The notes below the pieces were generated by a model that was not told the origin of the DNA, ran no database searches, and saw only the letters and a program-made list of their open reading frames with translations. A stretch of 29,404 nucleotides of DNA. Origin: Armatimonadota bacterium (GTDB lineage Bacteria > Armatimonadota > Zipacnadia > Zipacnadales > UBA5352). A program made the position numbers and the translations under genes. Below, piece by piece: positions 1 through 9,743 of the stretch. The stretch spans positions 1-29,404 of the forward strand of contig JAYENL010000201.1 in assembly GCA_034722055.1 (NCBI GenBank). Direction: 5' to 3'. The number at the start of each line of letters is the position of its first letter. The first letter of the stretch is position 1.

Positions 1-32
1 ATACGACAAACGGACAGCACGCGGCGTTCGTC

Positions 33-57
33 GTAGGGCGCGGACGCGTGCCGCGCC
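33..57 (+). repeat. GTAG-headed REP
   Basis: GTAG-GGCGCGG-N7-CCGCGCC. Confidence 0.65.
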
Positions 58-133
58 GCCCGTTGCCGTCGGAGGGGCCGCACGAGCGCCACAGGCGCGA
101 GGCCAGCCCAACACGCTCGTTCCCCCCCTCGCC

Positions 134-1627
134 TCATCGCCCCAGCCGCAGCGCCCGCCCGGGCGTGGCGTCGGTGACCTCGCCGTCGCGGACTGCGGGC
201 GTGCCGGCCACGATCACGTGGGGGATGCCCTCCGGGTAGCGATGCGGGTCCTCGAAGGTCGCCGTGTCGATGATCGTATCCCAGTCGAAGATGGTGATGT
301 CCGCGATCTTCCGCGCCGCCAGCTCCCCGCGCTCGTGCAGGCCGAGCTTGCCGGCCGGTATCGAGGTGCACTTGCGCACCACCTCCTCCACGGTGAACAG
401 CCCCTCGTCGCGGGCGTAGTGCCCGATCCATCGCGGGAAGGTCCCGTAGTTGCGCGGATGCGAGACGCCCTTGCCCGGCACCCGCAGGTGGCCGTCCGAG
501 GCGGCGAAGACCGCCGGGTGGCGCATGAATGTCCGCACGTTCTCCTCCCGCATGACGAAGAAGATGCAGGAGACCTTACCCCGGATGGTCAGCTCCATCC
601 CCGTCCGCCACGGCTCCTCCTCGCGCTCCTCGGCCACCTCCTGAAGCGTCTTCCCGTCGATCTCCGGCATCGGCTCCAGCGGCGCGAAGACGATGTTCTG
701 CGCCCCACCGACCTCCTCGATGAATCCCTCAGCCCCGTCCCGGACGCGATCGATCAGGTCCTCATCGCGCAGGTGCTCCATGCCGCCGCGCTCGGCGGCC
801 TCGATGCGCAGCTCCGCCGGCACCATGTTCGCCACGCCGCTGAAGGAGGCCACGTAGGGGTAACGGTCGGCGGTGATGTCCAGCCCGCGCCCGCGCGCCT
901 CCTCGATCAGCCCAAGCGCCTCCTCCGCCCAGTCCCAGGCCTTGGCGCCCCAGCACTTGATGTGCGAGATCTGCACCGGGCAGCCGGACTCCTCGCCGAT
1001 GCGGATGGTCTCCCGGATAGCATCCAGCAGGCCCCCCGCCTCCGAGCGCATGTGCGTGGCGTAGACGCCGCCGGCCTCGGCGATGGGACGGGCCACCTGG
1101 GTGATCTCCTCGGCGGTCACGAAGTCCGGGAAGTACCCCGTGGACATGCCGAAGGCCCCCTCGGCCATGGCGCGGGCAGCCAGCTCCTGCATCCGCGCGA
1201 TCTCCTCGGGCGTCGCAGGCTCGTTCCCCACCTCGGCCTCGGCGCGGATCGTGCCCATGCCGACGAGCAGCCCGTAGTTCTGCCGGATGGGCAGCTCCGC
1301 CACGGCCTCGAGGTGCTCGCCGATGGGCCACGGGGAGCCGCCGCAGTTGCCGCCGATGAGCGTAGTCACGCCCTGGCGGATCTGGTTCTCCACCTCCGGG
1401 ATGTTGAGGATCCCCCCCTCCATCTCGCTGCAGGCGTGGGTGTGCACATCCACGAAGCCCGGCGCGACGATGAGACCCTCGGCGTCGATGCCGTCCCGCG
1501 CCTGAGCCGCCGACAGGTCGCCGATGGCGTGGATGCGGTCGCCGACGATGCCCACGTCGGCCACGTAGCCCTCCGCGCCCGTACCCTCAACCACCGTCCC
1601 GTTGCGTATGACCAGGTCGAAGGTCAC
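134..1627 (-). CDS. N-acyl-D-amino-acid deacylase (D-aminoacylase, amidohydrolase family)
   Basis: FDLVIRNGTVVEGTG start, APGFVDVHTH metal motif, GVTT..GGNCG, SDG...HPRNYGTFPR. GTG at 1627 with upstream GAGGAAAGGA; the ORF-track extension to 2191 overlaps repeats and the sulfatase. Confidence 0.9.
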   Translation of the reverse strand: MTFDLVIRNGTVVEGTGAEGYVADVGIVGDRIHAIGDLSAAQARDGIDAEGLIVAPGFVDVHTHACSEMEGGILNIPEVENQIRQGVTTLIGGNCGGSPWPIGEHLEAVAELPIRQNYGLLVGMGTIRAEAEVGNEPATPEEIARMQELAARAMAEGAFGMSTGYFPDFVTAEEITQVARPIAEAGGVYATHMRSEAGGLLDAIRETIRIGEESGCPVQISHIKCWGAKAWDWAEEALGLIEEARGRGLDITADRYPYVASFSGVANMVPAELRIEAAERGGMEHLRDEDLIDRVRDGAEGFIEEVGGAQNIVFAPLEPMPEIDGKTLQEVAEEREEEPWRTGMELTIRGKVSCIFFVMREENVRTFMRHPAVFAASDGHLRVPGKGVSHPRNYGTFPRWIGHYARDEGLFTVEEVVRKCTSIPAGKLGLHERGELAARKIADITIFDWDTIIDTATFEDPHRYPEGIPHVIVAGTPAVRDGEVTDATPGRALRLGR

Positions 1628-1650
1628 CGGAGCGTCAGTCCTTTCCTCGT

Positions 1651-1896
1651 CCCTCCCCCGAGCCGAGCTTCGCTCGGCCCACCCCCCTCCCTGGCGCCAC
1701 ACACGACGTGGCGCAGGCGGGAGGGGGAACGGAGCGCCCCATCCGCCATTGTCGCTCTCTCGCCGCCGAAATGTCGTACGGAGCGGCGGGCAGCCTTGCC
1801 CGCCGGCCGTTGCCGTTGTCCCCCTCTCCCGCCTGCGGCGAAGCCGCCAGGGAGAGGGGGAGGCGGAGTTTGCACCGCAAACTCCGAGGGGTGAGG
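1651..1896. repeat. Inverted pair of CCC(T)CTCCC/GGGAG(A)GGG double-hairpin elements
   Basis: 1651-1727 and 1820-1896 have mirror architecture around a family A REP. Confidence 0.7.
1776..1804 (+). repeat. REP-like palindrome family A
   Basis: GTACGGAGC-GGCGGGCA-GCCT-TGCCCGCC. Confidence 0.85.
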
Positions 1897-1914
1897 CATC
1901 CCCCGTCGTGCCCC

Positions 1915-3405
1915 CTACGGCATGCTGATCGGCCCATAGCCCTCCGGGAACATCTCGCGCCAGTCGCGGCCCTCCTGATACAGCAGCCCGTGGTCGGGAT
2001 TGTCGTCCACCGTGGGGCGTTCCTCGGGCGGGTAGACGCGCCATTCGTCCCCGTCCAGCACCTCCGTGTACCCGTCCCGCTGGAACCACTCGATCAGCGC
2101 CGCGCGCATCTCCGCGGTCGTCTGCAGGTAGGCCTGGTTGCCGGCCAGCGAGCGCTCCTCGGGCTCGCCCGGCCAGCGACGGAACAGCCACTCCTGGTCG
2201 TCCGCCGCTGAGTAGGTGTACTTGAAGTCATCGGTCACCAGCCCATACAGGCCGCTCTCGCGCTGCGAGTACTGGCACAGCACCCCCGGCCGCTCGGGCT
2301 CCGCGCCGCCCGCCAGCTCCGCCAGGTCCGCGCCCTCGTGCTGGTCGATGGTGTCCAGCCCACACGCATGCAGCAGCGTGGGCGCCACGTCCACGTTGCT
2401 GCACACGCGGTCGCAGACCGCGCCGGCCTCGAACCGCTCGGGGTAGCGCACCATCAGGGGAATGTTCGCCGCCCCGTCCACCATCGAGCGCTTGCCGAAG
2501 GAGCCGAAGTCCCCCAGCAGCTCCCCGTGGTCGGCGATCCAGATCACGATGGTGTCGTCCAGCTCGCCGCTCTCGCGCAGGTGCTGCAGGATGCGCCCGG
2601 CCTGGTAGTCCACGAAGGAGATGCACCCGTAGTAGGCCGCGCGCATGGTGCGGATGAGGTTCCAGTCGAAGCCCTGGTCGCGGTACTTGTAGCGATTCTG
2701 CCGCCGGTTCCAGTAGCTCTGCAGCGTCTCGTAGCCGGGCGGGAGGTGCGGCATGGGCATGTCGATGGGCTTGTAGAGGCGGTGCCAGGGCGCCGGGGAC
2801 TCGAAGGGCGGGTGGGGCTTGATGAAGCTGCTCCACAGCAGGAAGGGCCGGTCTCGGTCGCGCTTTTCCAGGAACTCCAGGGAGCGCTCAGCCACCCAGG
2901 TGGTGTTGTGCAGGCGAGCGGGGAGCATGGAGGGCTGGGGGATGTAGTAGTACTCGCTGCGCGTGCCCATCATCTCGAAGACGTGGTCGTAGCCGGCCTC
3001 GTGCACGAAGCGGCAGAAGTCGTCGTCCTCGCGGAAGCCGCCCTCCTCGGAGTAGTCACGGGCGTCGAAGCCCCACAGCTTGCGACTCTCGGGCGCGAAG
3101 TGCATCTTCCCCACACCGTGCGTCTGATAGCCGGCGTCCTGGAGGATCTCCATGAAGGACGTCCGCTCCTGGGGCATGGGGCAGTTGGTGGTGCAGTCGG
3201 TCTGGTGCGGCCACTGCGAGAGGATCATCGAGCAGCGCGAGGCGATGCACACCGGAGAGGCGCAGTAGGTGCTGGTGAAGCTGGTGCCCTCTCGGACCAG
3301 GCGGTCCATGGTGGGCGTCTGGATGTGCGGGTTGCCCAGTGCCCCGATGGTGTCGGCGCGCTGCTGCTCCAGGAACAGAATCAGGACGTTCGGTCTCTGG
3401 GCCAT
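1915..3405 (-). CDS. Cys-type sulfatase (choline-sulfatase/arylsulfatase A-like)
   Basis: RPNVLILF, TPTMDRL, CIASR (CxxxR formylglycine motif), GYQT..VGKMH, KPHPP, ADHGE. Confidence 0.92.
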   Translation of the reverse strand: MAQRPNVLILFLEQQRADTIGALGNPHIQTPTMDRLVREGTSFTSTYCASPVCIASRCSMILSQWPHQTDCTTNCPMPQERTSFMEILQDAGYQTHGVGKMHFAPESRKLWGFDARDYSEEGGFREDDDFCRFVHEAGYDHVFEMMGTRSEYYYIPQPSMLPARLHNTTWVAERSLEFLEKRDRDRPFLLWSSFIKPHPPFESPAPWHRLYKPIDMPMPHLPPGYETLQSYWNRRQNRYKYRDQGFDWNLIRTMRAAYYGCISFVDYQAGRILQHLRESGELDDTIVIWIADHGELLGDFGSFGKRSMVDGAANIPLMVRYPERFEAGAVCDRVCSNVDVAPTLLHACGLDTIDQHEGADLAELAGGAEPERPGVLCQYSQRESGLYGLVTDDFKYTYSAADDQEWLFRRWPGEPEERSLAGNQAYLQTTAEMRAALIEWFQRDGYTEVLDGDEWRVYPPEERPTVDDNPDHGLLYQEGRDWREMFPEGYGPISMP

Positions 3406-3642
3406 GGCGGCGGCTCCTTTTCCCGATGGTCATCGGCGACGTCGCTGAGGCAGCTTCGCTCCCGCCGCCATATCTCCTTGGAGCCCGAATGCGTCCACGA
3501 CCTCTGCCCTGGGGAGCCGACGCCCGCGGTGTCTGCATCCATCGTCCAGACCCGGCGCCCCCGCCCGGTCATTGTCGTTCCGTTTGGATCGGCGGGCCTC
3601 CGTTCCCGCCCGGCCGTTGCCGTGCGCCGTTGCCCTCCTGTC

Positions 3643-3671
3643 GTACGGAGTGGCGGGCTGCCTAGCCCGCC
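3643..3671 (+). repeat. REP-like palindrome family A (within a cluster spanning about 3585-3720)
   Basis: GTACGGAGT-GGCGGGCT-GCCT-AGCCCGCC, flanked by two GGCGGGCCTCCGTTCCCGCCC copies. Confidence 0.85.
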
Positions 3672-3783
3672 GTCGTTGCTGTTCCGTTTGGAGGGGCGGG
3701 CCTCCGTTCCCGCCCGCCGTTGGCTGGCCGGACGACAAACGACGCACCCACGGGCAGCCCGACCCGCGCCAGCTCCCTGCTCC

Positions 3784-4662
3784 CTACAGCAGCGACACGT
3801 TCGCGTGCGCTGCCAGCAGCACCAGAGCCGCCACCCAGTCGAATCCGAAGACCAGCCCGGCCTCGCTGGCGGCGTGGGAGCCCATCCCCAGGTAGACGAA
3901 CAGGGCCAGAGCGAGAGTCGCTCCCATGATGTGGCCCAGCAGGCAGGGCCTGCAGGGCACCGGGCCGTCGGGGTGCAGCATGTCGTAAAGCTCGGCGGCG
4001 TCGGCGAGGTTCTCCTCATGGTCAGCGAGGGCCTCGTTGACCGCCCCGCTCGCGCAGGTCCCCGCCGTCTCATCGTCCAGAGGCGGGACCAGCAGCAACA
4101 GCATCAGCAGGAAGACCCACCGCGCCTGGTCAGCAGGGGAACTCTCTGCGGCGGCGTCGATTCCCGACAGCTCATCCGCGCTGGCCCAGGCCTCCTCCAG
4201 ACGCTGCCGGGTGATCTGCGGCGCGTCGCCCTCGAAGCCCACCGTCACGCCCTCCAGGCCGTCGAGCCGCTCGAGCACCGGCTGCAGGGCGATCGGAACG
4301 TTCGCCCGGAGCTCGGCTGCCGGCGCCGCGACCATCAGCGGCCAGACCGCCGCGAGCTGCGCGTTGAGCTGATCCAGCAGTGTCTGCACGTCAAGCTCCG
4401 CCTCCCCACCGGTGGCGGCAGTGATGACCCCGACCAGCGTCTCCCGAGTGTCCTTCACCCCGGCCTGGAGATCGCCCCCCGGCTGACCGTCACCGCCCGG
4501 CCCCTGGTCATTGTCCAGCAGGCCCTGACTCCCGCAGCCGCCCGGCAGGGCGCCGGCCACGGGCAGGCCGACGGCCGCGACCAGCAGCCCACGGAGGAAG
4601 TCACGCCGCTCCAGCCGCTCCCCATGCACTATCTCGCCCGCCTCTCGCCTCTCCGTGTTCAT
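3784..4662 (-). CDS. Hypothetical Tat-exported (lipo)protein with hydrophobic C-terminus
   Basis: GGAGGTG RBS before ATG 4662; ERRDFLRGLL twin-arginine motif, hydrophobic stretch ending LPGGC. Confidence 0.7.
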   Translation of the reverse strand: MNTERREAGEIVHGERLERRDFLRGLLVAAVGLPVAGALPGGCGSQGLLDNDQGPGGDGQPGGDLQAGVKDTRETLVGVITAATGGEAELDVQTLLDQLNAQLAAVWPLMVAAPAAELRANVPIALQPVLERLDGLEGVTVGFEGDAPQITRQRLEEAWASADELSGIDAAAESSPADQARWVFLLMLLLLVPPLDDETAGTCASGAVNEALADHEENLADAAELYDMLHPDGPVPCRPCLLGHIMGATLALALFVYLGMGSHAASEAGLVFGFDWVAALVLLAAHANVSLL

Positions 4663-4819
4663 CTGGGCACCTCCACAACTCACCCAGCATTCTCATTCCC
4701 GCCCGTTGGCACACGCGCCCTCAGCTATTCGCCGACGTCGCGGGATCGGCCTGCCGAGACTCCGCGAGGTCGGTCCAGCGACCTCCCGGCCTCCACCCCG
4801 GCCCCCGTCAGGGCGCCGC

Positions 4820-6010
4820 TCATCGCAGGCTGACCTCCGGCGGCGGAGGGATCTCCACGGGCATCCCGGTCTCGATCGATCTCTCCCCCGCCGCCCCCAC
4901 GCACGTGGCGTGCCGCGCGTCGAGCGCCATCGACACGTCCATCCTCTCGGGCTCGCGCACCCAGTCCAGGAAGGCCTGCTGGATCAGCGGATCGCCCCCG
5001 CCGTGCCCGCCGCCGGTCGAGCGCGGATGCCACTCATCAATGTGCTCGGTGTGCCGATACCTGTTGCGGATCACGAAGTTGCACTCGTTGTTGTACTGCG
5101 CGTACATCTTCCCCGCGTCGCCGGTGAGCCAGAAGTCCCGGGTGTACTCAGGCGTGAAATGGCACTCCGTGTAGACCGCGCTCTTGCCGGACTCGTAGGT
5201 GATGATGACCTGCGAGTTGTCATTCACGTCGGCCTCCTCGGCGAACACGCACAGGTCCTGCTTCTCGATGGTGACATCGTAGTCCATCTGGAAGCGCTCG
5301 GGCTCGATGAAGAACGGGCAGTCCTCGGCCTCCTGGCAGTCCCGGCAGCGCTTGTCGTTGGGCGCATCGCCCCCGTAGTAGGCCAGGCTGCCGGTGGCAT
5401 AGACCTTCGTGGGGCGGCCCGCATCCATCAGCCAGTTCAGCAGGTCGATGGTGTGGACGCCCTTCTGCATCAGCAGCGAGACGGTGTAGCTCTTCAGCCG
5501 CTGCTGGTCGTGGTAGAAGTAGTTGCCGCCCACGGAGACGTTGTCCACCGCCATCCCGGTCTGCACCTCGCCGATCTTCCCCGCATCGAGGATCTCGCGC
5601 ATCCGCACGAAGATGGCGCTGTAGCGCAGCTCAAGGCCCACGCACGGCACTGTCCCGGCCTCGTTCCAGGCCCGGATGATGTCGTCGGTGTCCTCCACCG
5701 ACTGCGCCATGGGCTTCTCCAGCATCACGTGCTTCCCGTACTCGAAGGCCTGCACGGCGTTGTCCCGATGCGCGAAGTCCGGCGAGGCGATCACCACCGC
5801 GGGAACGTCCTCGCGGCTGAGCAGCTCCTCGAGATCGCTGTAGTAATCGATGCGGTCGCCGTAGGCCGGCCGCACTCGCTCCAGCGCCTGCGCGTCGGGA
5901 TCGGCGACCGCCACCAGCTCCGCCTCGGGGTGCGTGTCGTAGTTGCGGGCGAAGTACCGGCCCCGCCCGCCCAGGCCGATCACCCCAAGTCGAACCGTCT
6001 CATCTGCCAT
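4820..6010 (-). CDS. Gfo/Idh/MocA family oxidoreductase
   Basis: LGVIGLGGRG Rossmann fold, HVMLEKPMA, GVHTIDL, GHGGGD; GGGGAGG RBS. Confidence 0.92.
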   Translation of the reverse strand: MADETVRLGVIGLGGRGRYFARNYDTHPEAELVAVADPDAQALERVRPAYGDRIDYYSDLEELLSREDVPAVVIASPDFAHRDNAVQAFEYGKHVMLEKPMAQSVEDTDDIIRAWNEAGTVPCVGLELRYSAIFVRMREILDAGKIGEVQTGMAVDNVSVGGNYFYHDQQRLKSYTVSLLMQKGVHTIDLLNWLMDAGRPTKVYATGSLAYYGGDAPNDKRCRDCQEAEDCPFFIEPERFQMDYDVTIEKQDLCVFAEEADVNDNSQVIITYESGKSAVYTECHFTPEYTRDFWLTGDAGKMYAQYNNECNFVIRNRYRHTEHIDEWHPRSTGGGHGGGDPLIQQAFLDWVREPERMDVSMALDARHATCVGAAGERSIETGMPVEIPPPPEVSLR

Positions 6011-6145
6011 GTCCGACCTCCCCTTCGTGAGCTGCAAGCTGCTCCTGCAAGCGAACGGCAGCAAAGCCGAGCGCCAGCCGTCACTGAGGGTCAGTGTTCA
6101 GTGGCGAAGCTCCGCATACCGTCCCGGGTCCGCACCACACTCCTG

Positions 6146-6289
6146 CTCCCAGCGAGGAGGGGCCGTCCTGAGGGGGGGGGGCGTGAGCAACCGCCCCGAA
6201 GCCGGCCCCGTGCCTCCCAGCGAGGAGGGGCCGTCCTGAGGGGGCGGTGCGTGAGCAACCGCCCCGAAGCCCCGTGCCCTCCCGAGCGA
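6146..6289 (+). repeat. 68-bp tandem duplication with internal hairpin
   Basis: CTCCCAGCGAGGAGGGGCCGTCCTGAGGGGG..GCGTGAGCAACCGCCCCGAAGCC at 6146 and 6214; partial third start at 6279. Confidence 0.85.
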
Positions 6290-6335
6290 CGGCGTCTTCC
6301 CCATAGGCGTCCTCCCCCCGTACGCGTCCTCCCGC

Positions 6336-6358
6336 GTAGGTCGGGCTTCCAGCCCGAC
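6336..6358 (+). repeat. GTAG-headed REP
   Basis: GTAG-GTCGGGCT-TCC-AGCCCGAC. Confidence 0.75.
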
Positions 6359-6787
6359 GCCGTTCCATCATGAGGTCCCTCGCGCAGCCGCGGGCCCCCA
6401 CGAACTCACGTCCGGTCATCTGACGTCCTCCCGCTATCACGCACGCCCTCCCGGCACCTGCTCCTCGCCGCCACCCTCCTGCGCCGTGCCCACTCGGACC
6501 TCATCGCAGGCAGATGTTCGGCGCCTCAACACCCGGCACCTGTCCCGGGGCTCCTCCGGCTGCCCCCCCGTCGTCCTGAGGTGGAGCCCGCACGTCCCAC
6601 CGCCTCGGCGCGCACGGAGTGCGCAGCGGCGCGCCAGCGCCGCACCGGCTCGGGCGAAGGTCGAGCCGGGCCGAGGCGCCCCCCGTCCCCATCGCCAGCC
6701 GCCTCGCTCGCCGACAGGGAGGCCCGGGACGCGCTGGCATCGAACCCCATGCGCGTCGAGGACAATACCATCCGGGATGTGACGGCC

Positions 6788-8872
6788 ATGACGCCCGAGG
6801 AGTACTTCACGCGCAAACGTAAGGTCCACCTCGACATGCACCTGCCCCAGGACGCACCGCACATGTTCGAGCGCTTCGACGCCGCGGAGTATGTGTCAAC
6901 TCTCGTCGAGGCCAACGTCAACTCCGTGACCGTCTTCGCCCACTGCCATCATGGCAACTGCTACTACAACACCGCGGTCGGCCACAAGCACTCTCGGCTG
7001 GACTTCGACTACCTCCGTGAGGTAGCCACCGAATGCCGTCGCCAGGGTGTGGCCGTCCTGGCATACATCTCTTGCGCCTGGAATCACCGCGCCGGCGAGG
7101 AGCATTCCGAGTGGACGCAGCGCGATGCCGAGGGCCAGCCCCGGCCGCACCCCCGCTTCTGGTGGTGGATGTGCCTCAACTCCCCGTATGGCGACCTCAT
7201 CCGCGAGATGACGCGGGAGATCGCCTCCGAGTATCCGGTTGACGGCCTGTGGTTCGACATCACCTACGTGCATCCGCCGGCCTGCTACTGCGACCACTGC
7301 CAGGGGCTCTTCCGGGAGCGGTTCGGGGTGCAGATGCCCCGCGACGCCGAGCCGGGTACGCACGACGCCCGACGCCTGCACCAGTTCCGCATCGGCACCG
7401 AGATGGCTTTCCGCGAGGACCTCGTCGAGATCGTCAAGGCCGCCGACCCCGAGCTGCTGATAAGCTGGAACCACGCCGGCGACGTCACCCAGTGCTACCT
7501 GGACAATGACTCTCGCGCCGACGTGCTTTTCCGAGAGGCCCACACGCCGGAGAACTGGCTGCCGGGCTTCCAGGCCCGCTGGTTCCAGTGGTTCGACATG
7601 CCCTATGAATGCTGCACCAGCCGCTTCCATTATGGCGGATGGTCAAGTTTCTCCTATAAAAGTGCCGCAAAACTGCATATAGAGGCTGCAACTGGTATCG
7701 CCCATGGAGGCATCGTCGATATCGGCGACCAGGCTCTGCACGACGGAACGCTCGACGACGCCGCCTACGAGCTCATCGGCGAGGTCTACGAGAGGATCCG
7801 GGCCGTGGAGCCGTGGTGCGCCGGAACCTGCAGCGTCCCCAACATCGCGGTCCTCCACTCCTCCCGCGCTCACCACCTCGCTCAGTGGATGGAGGGCAGC
7901 GCACTGCGCCGGCCCCTGCTCAGCGTCTTCGGCGCCGCCCGCATCCTCAGCGACGCCGGTCGCCACTTCGACATCATCTCGGAGCGCGTCCTGGATCGCC
8001 TCCCCGAGTACCACGCCGCGCTGATTCCCGATCAGCTCGTGCTCACCGAGGAGGAGGTTGCCGCGCTCCGTAGCTACGTGCGAGACGGCGGCGCCCTCAT
8101 CGCCTCCTGGCGATGCGGCATGTACGATGAGAACGGGGAGCAGCTCTCCCCCACCTTCCTGCGCGAGCTCTGCGGCGTGGAGCCGATGGGCTTCGCACCA
8201 TACTCCTGCGGATACCTCACCGATCTCCAGTTCGATATCGACGCCCCGGATGCTCCGCTGGTCTTCCGCAGCCCCGGCGATCCGGGTAATCCGGTGCCGA
8301 TACCTGCTCTGGAGTGCGAGGGCACGACTGCGCGGGTCATGGCTGGCCTCACCCATCCAATCTACGAGCGCACCCCCCAGCACTTCTACGCCGCCAACAA
8401 CCCCCCGCCGGCCGACTCGTCGCGCCTGGGCTCGGTGTTCCTCAACCGTCTGGGCGACGGAGCCGTTGTCTACTTCCCCTTCGACCTCTTCCGATTCTAC
8501 CAGCTCGACTCCTATCCCCCACTCCGCACAATCGCGACCACGCTGCTCGACCGAGTCGCGCCGGATCAGGAGCTGTGGGTTGACGCGCCATCCCAGGTCG
8601 AGGTCGTCCTCCGGGCGCGGCAGGAGTCCCGCTACATCCACCTGATCAACTACGCCAACCAGCGCTTCGGCCAGGGCTTCAGCCCCGTCGTCGTCGAGGA
8701 CATCATCCCAGTATCGGGTATCCCGGTCAGGCTGCGCGGCGAGGCGGTGGCCGTGATGCAGCGCCCCTCCGGCCGCCCCATCCCCTTTGCTGTCGAGGAC
8801 GGATGGACGTGCCTCACACTCCCCCGTCTCGACGTCCACGCCATCATCCAGGTGCGCCTGCCCCAGCGCTGA
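6788..8872 (+). CDS. Glycoside hydrolase, GH151 (alpha-L-fucosidase)/GHL6-like, with beta-galactosidase trimerisation-type domain
   Basis: RKVHLDMH..FDA..Y..L..A.VNSVTVFAHCHHG..YY, MCLNSPY, DGLWFD, YVRDGGALIAS. Start uncertain (6749 or 6788). Confidence 0.75.
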   Translation: MTPEEYFTRKRKVHLDMHLPQDAPHMFERFDAAEYVSTLVEANVNSVTVFAHCHHGNCYYNTAVGHKHSRLDFDYLREVATECRRQGVAVLAYISCAWNHRAGEEHSEWTQRDAEGQPRPHPRFWWWMCLNSPYGDLIREMTREIASEYPVDGLWFDITYVHPPACYCDHCQGLFRERFGVQMPRDAEPGTHDARRLHQFRIGTEMAFREDLVEIVKAADPELLISWNHAGDVTQCYLDNDSRADVLFREAHTPENWLPGFQARWFQWFDMPYECCTSRFHYGGWSSFSYKSAAKLHIEAATGIAHGGIVDIGDQALHDGTLDDAAYELIGEVYERIRAVEPWCAGTCSVPNIAVLHSSRAHHLAQWMEGSALRRPLLSVFGAARILSDAGRHFDIISERVLDRLPEYHAALIPDQLVLTEEEVAALRSYVRDGGALIASWRCGMYDENGEQLSPTFLRELCGVEPMGFAPYSCGYLTDLQFDIDAPDAPLVFRSPGDPGNPVPIPALECEGTTARVMAGLTHPIYERTPQHFYAANNPPPADSSRLGSVFLNRLGDGAVVYFPFDLFRFYQLDSYPPLRTIATTLLDRVAPDQELWVDAPSQVEVVLRARQESRYIHLINYANQRFGQGFSPVVVEDIIPVSGIPVRLRGEAVAVMQRPSGRPIPFAVEDGWTCLTLPRLDVHAIIQVRLPQR

Positions 8873-8992
8873 CCGCTGGCGGCGTTCGCTGCCCGGCCCC
8901 AATCCTCCCACGCATAGCCACCGTCCCGTGCCCTCCCTGCACCAGCCATGCCTCTCCTGCTCATGATGCGTGTAGCCCCGTCAATGACCCCC

Positions 8993-9344
8993 TGTGGAAA
9001 ACTCTGTTGAGGTTTGGGACAAGTAACCTGTATCAACAGCACTACCTCCTTCCTACCGTGCTGACACGCTGGTGGGCACGCGGAGCCAGCCTGGAGAGCG
9101 CCCCATGCCGTGGCTGGCGTCGGTGAGGAGACGCAGCGCCGTGGCCCGCCGGCTGGTTCTGGCGTCCAAAGAAGCAGCGTGACGCTGGCTCTCCCCGATT
9201 CCCCTGTTCTGATAGGCCATCTGAAGGGCCTCCTTCGCTGTGCATAACTCTGTGGAAGTTGTAGACTGATTCGATGGATACGGCTTGTGCGATGTCCGTA
9301 GGCCGATGTCAGCGAGGTCCTGGGGTGGTAAACCGTGTGAATCA
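8993..9344. promoter_or_regulatory. DnaA-box cluster upstream of parS/rsmG
   Basis: TGTGGAAAA 8993-9001, GTATCAACA 9030-9038, TGTGCATAA 9239-9247, TGTGGAAGT 9251-9259, TGTGAATCA 9336-9344 in locally lower-GC non-coding DNA. Confidence 0.7.
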
Positions 9345-9498
9345 CGCACGCGGCGGTCATACCGATGGCGCTTGGCGCCTTGGCCTGCCCAGATCGACCT
9401 TAGAACGGGCGTTCGCCCAACCTGGCCGTTTCTCGGCCAGCAAGGTCCAGAGATGCCTCTGGAACGACACAGGCGGCCCCGGTACCACTCCCTGGGAA

Positions 9499-9514
9499 TG
9501 TTTCACGTGAAACA
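9499..9514. promoter_or_regulatory. parS site 1
   Basis: Perfect TGTTTCACGTGAAACA. Confidence 0.96.
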
Positions 9515-9587
9515 TCTCCCCCGATCCGTACGGCCACGGCCTCTTCTCGCGCCCAGTTGGGGATGTGCCGATGATCGGGATGCGGGA

Positions 9588-9603
9588 TGTTTCACGTGAA
9601 ACA
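9588..9603. promoter_or_regulatory. parS site 2
   Basis: Perfect TGTTTCACGTGAAACA. Confidence 0.96.
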
Positions 9604-9743
9604 TTCGCCGCGGGCTCCGATCTTGGCACCATCAAGCCCCTGAACGCCACCGGTGGACGGAAGGGTGGGGAAGACAGGGTCGGGGGATGGAAAGGTTCGA
9701 AAAAAACGCAGCCTCAGGGAGGTAACAGGAGGAGGACACCGAA

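Noticed and set aside
1628..2191. N-terminal extension of the 685-aa ORF (apparent fusion)
   Set aside because: Runs through repeats and overlaps the sulfatase; a good RBS and GTG exist at 1627
6146..6289. Possible CRISPR mini-array
   Set aside because: Only two contiguous 68-bp units, no unique spacers, no cas genes
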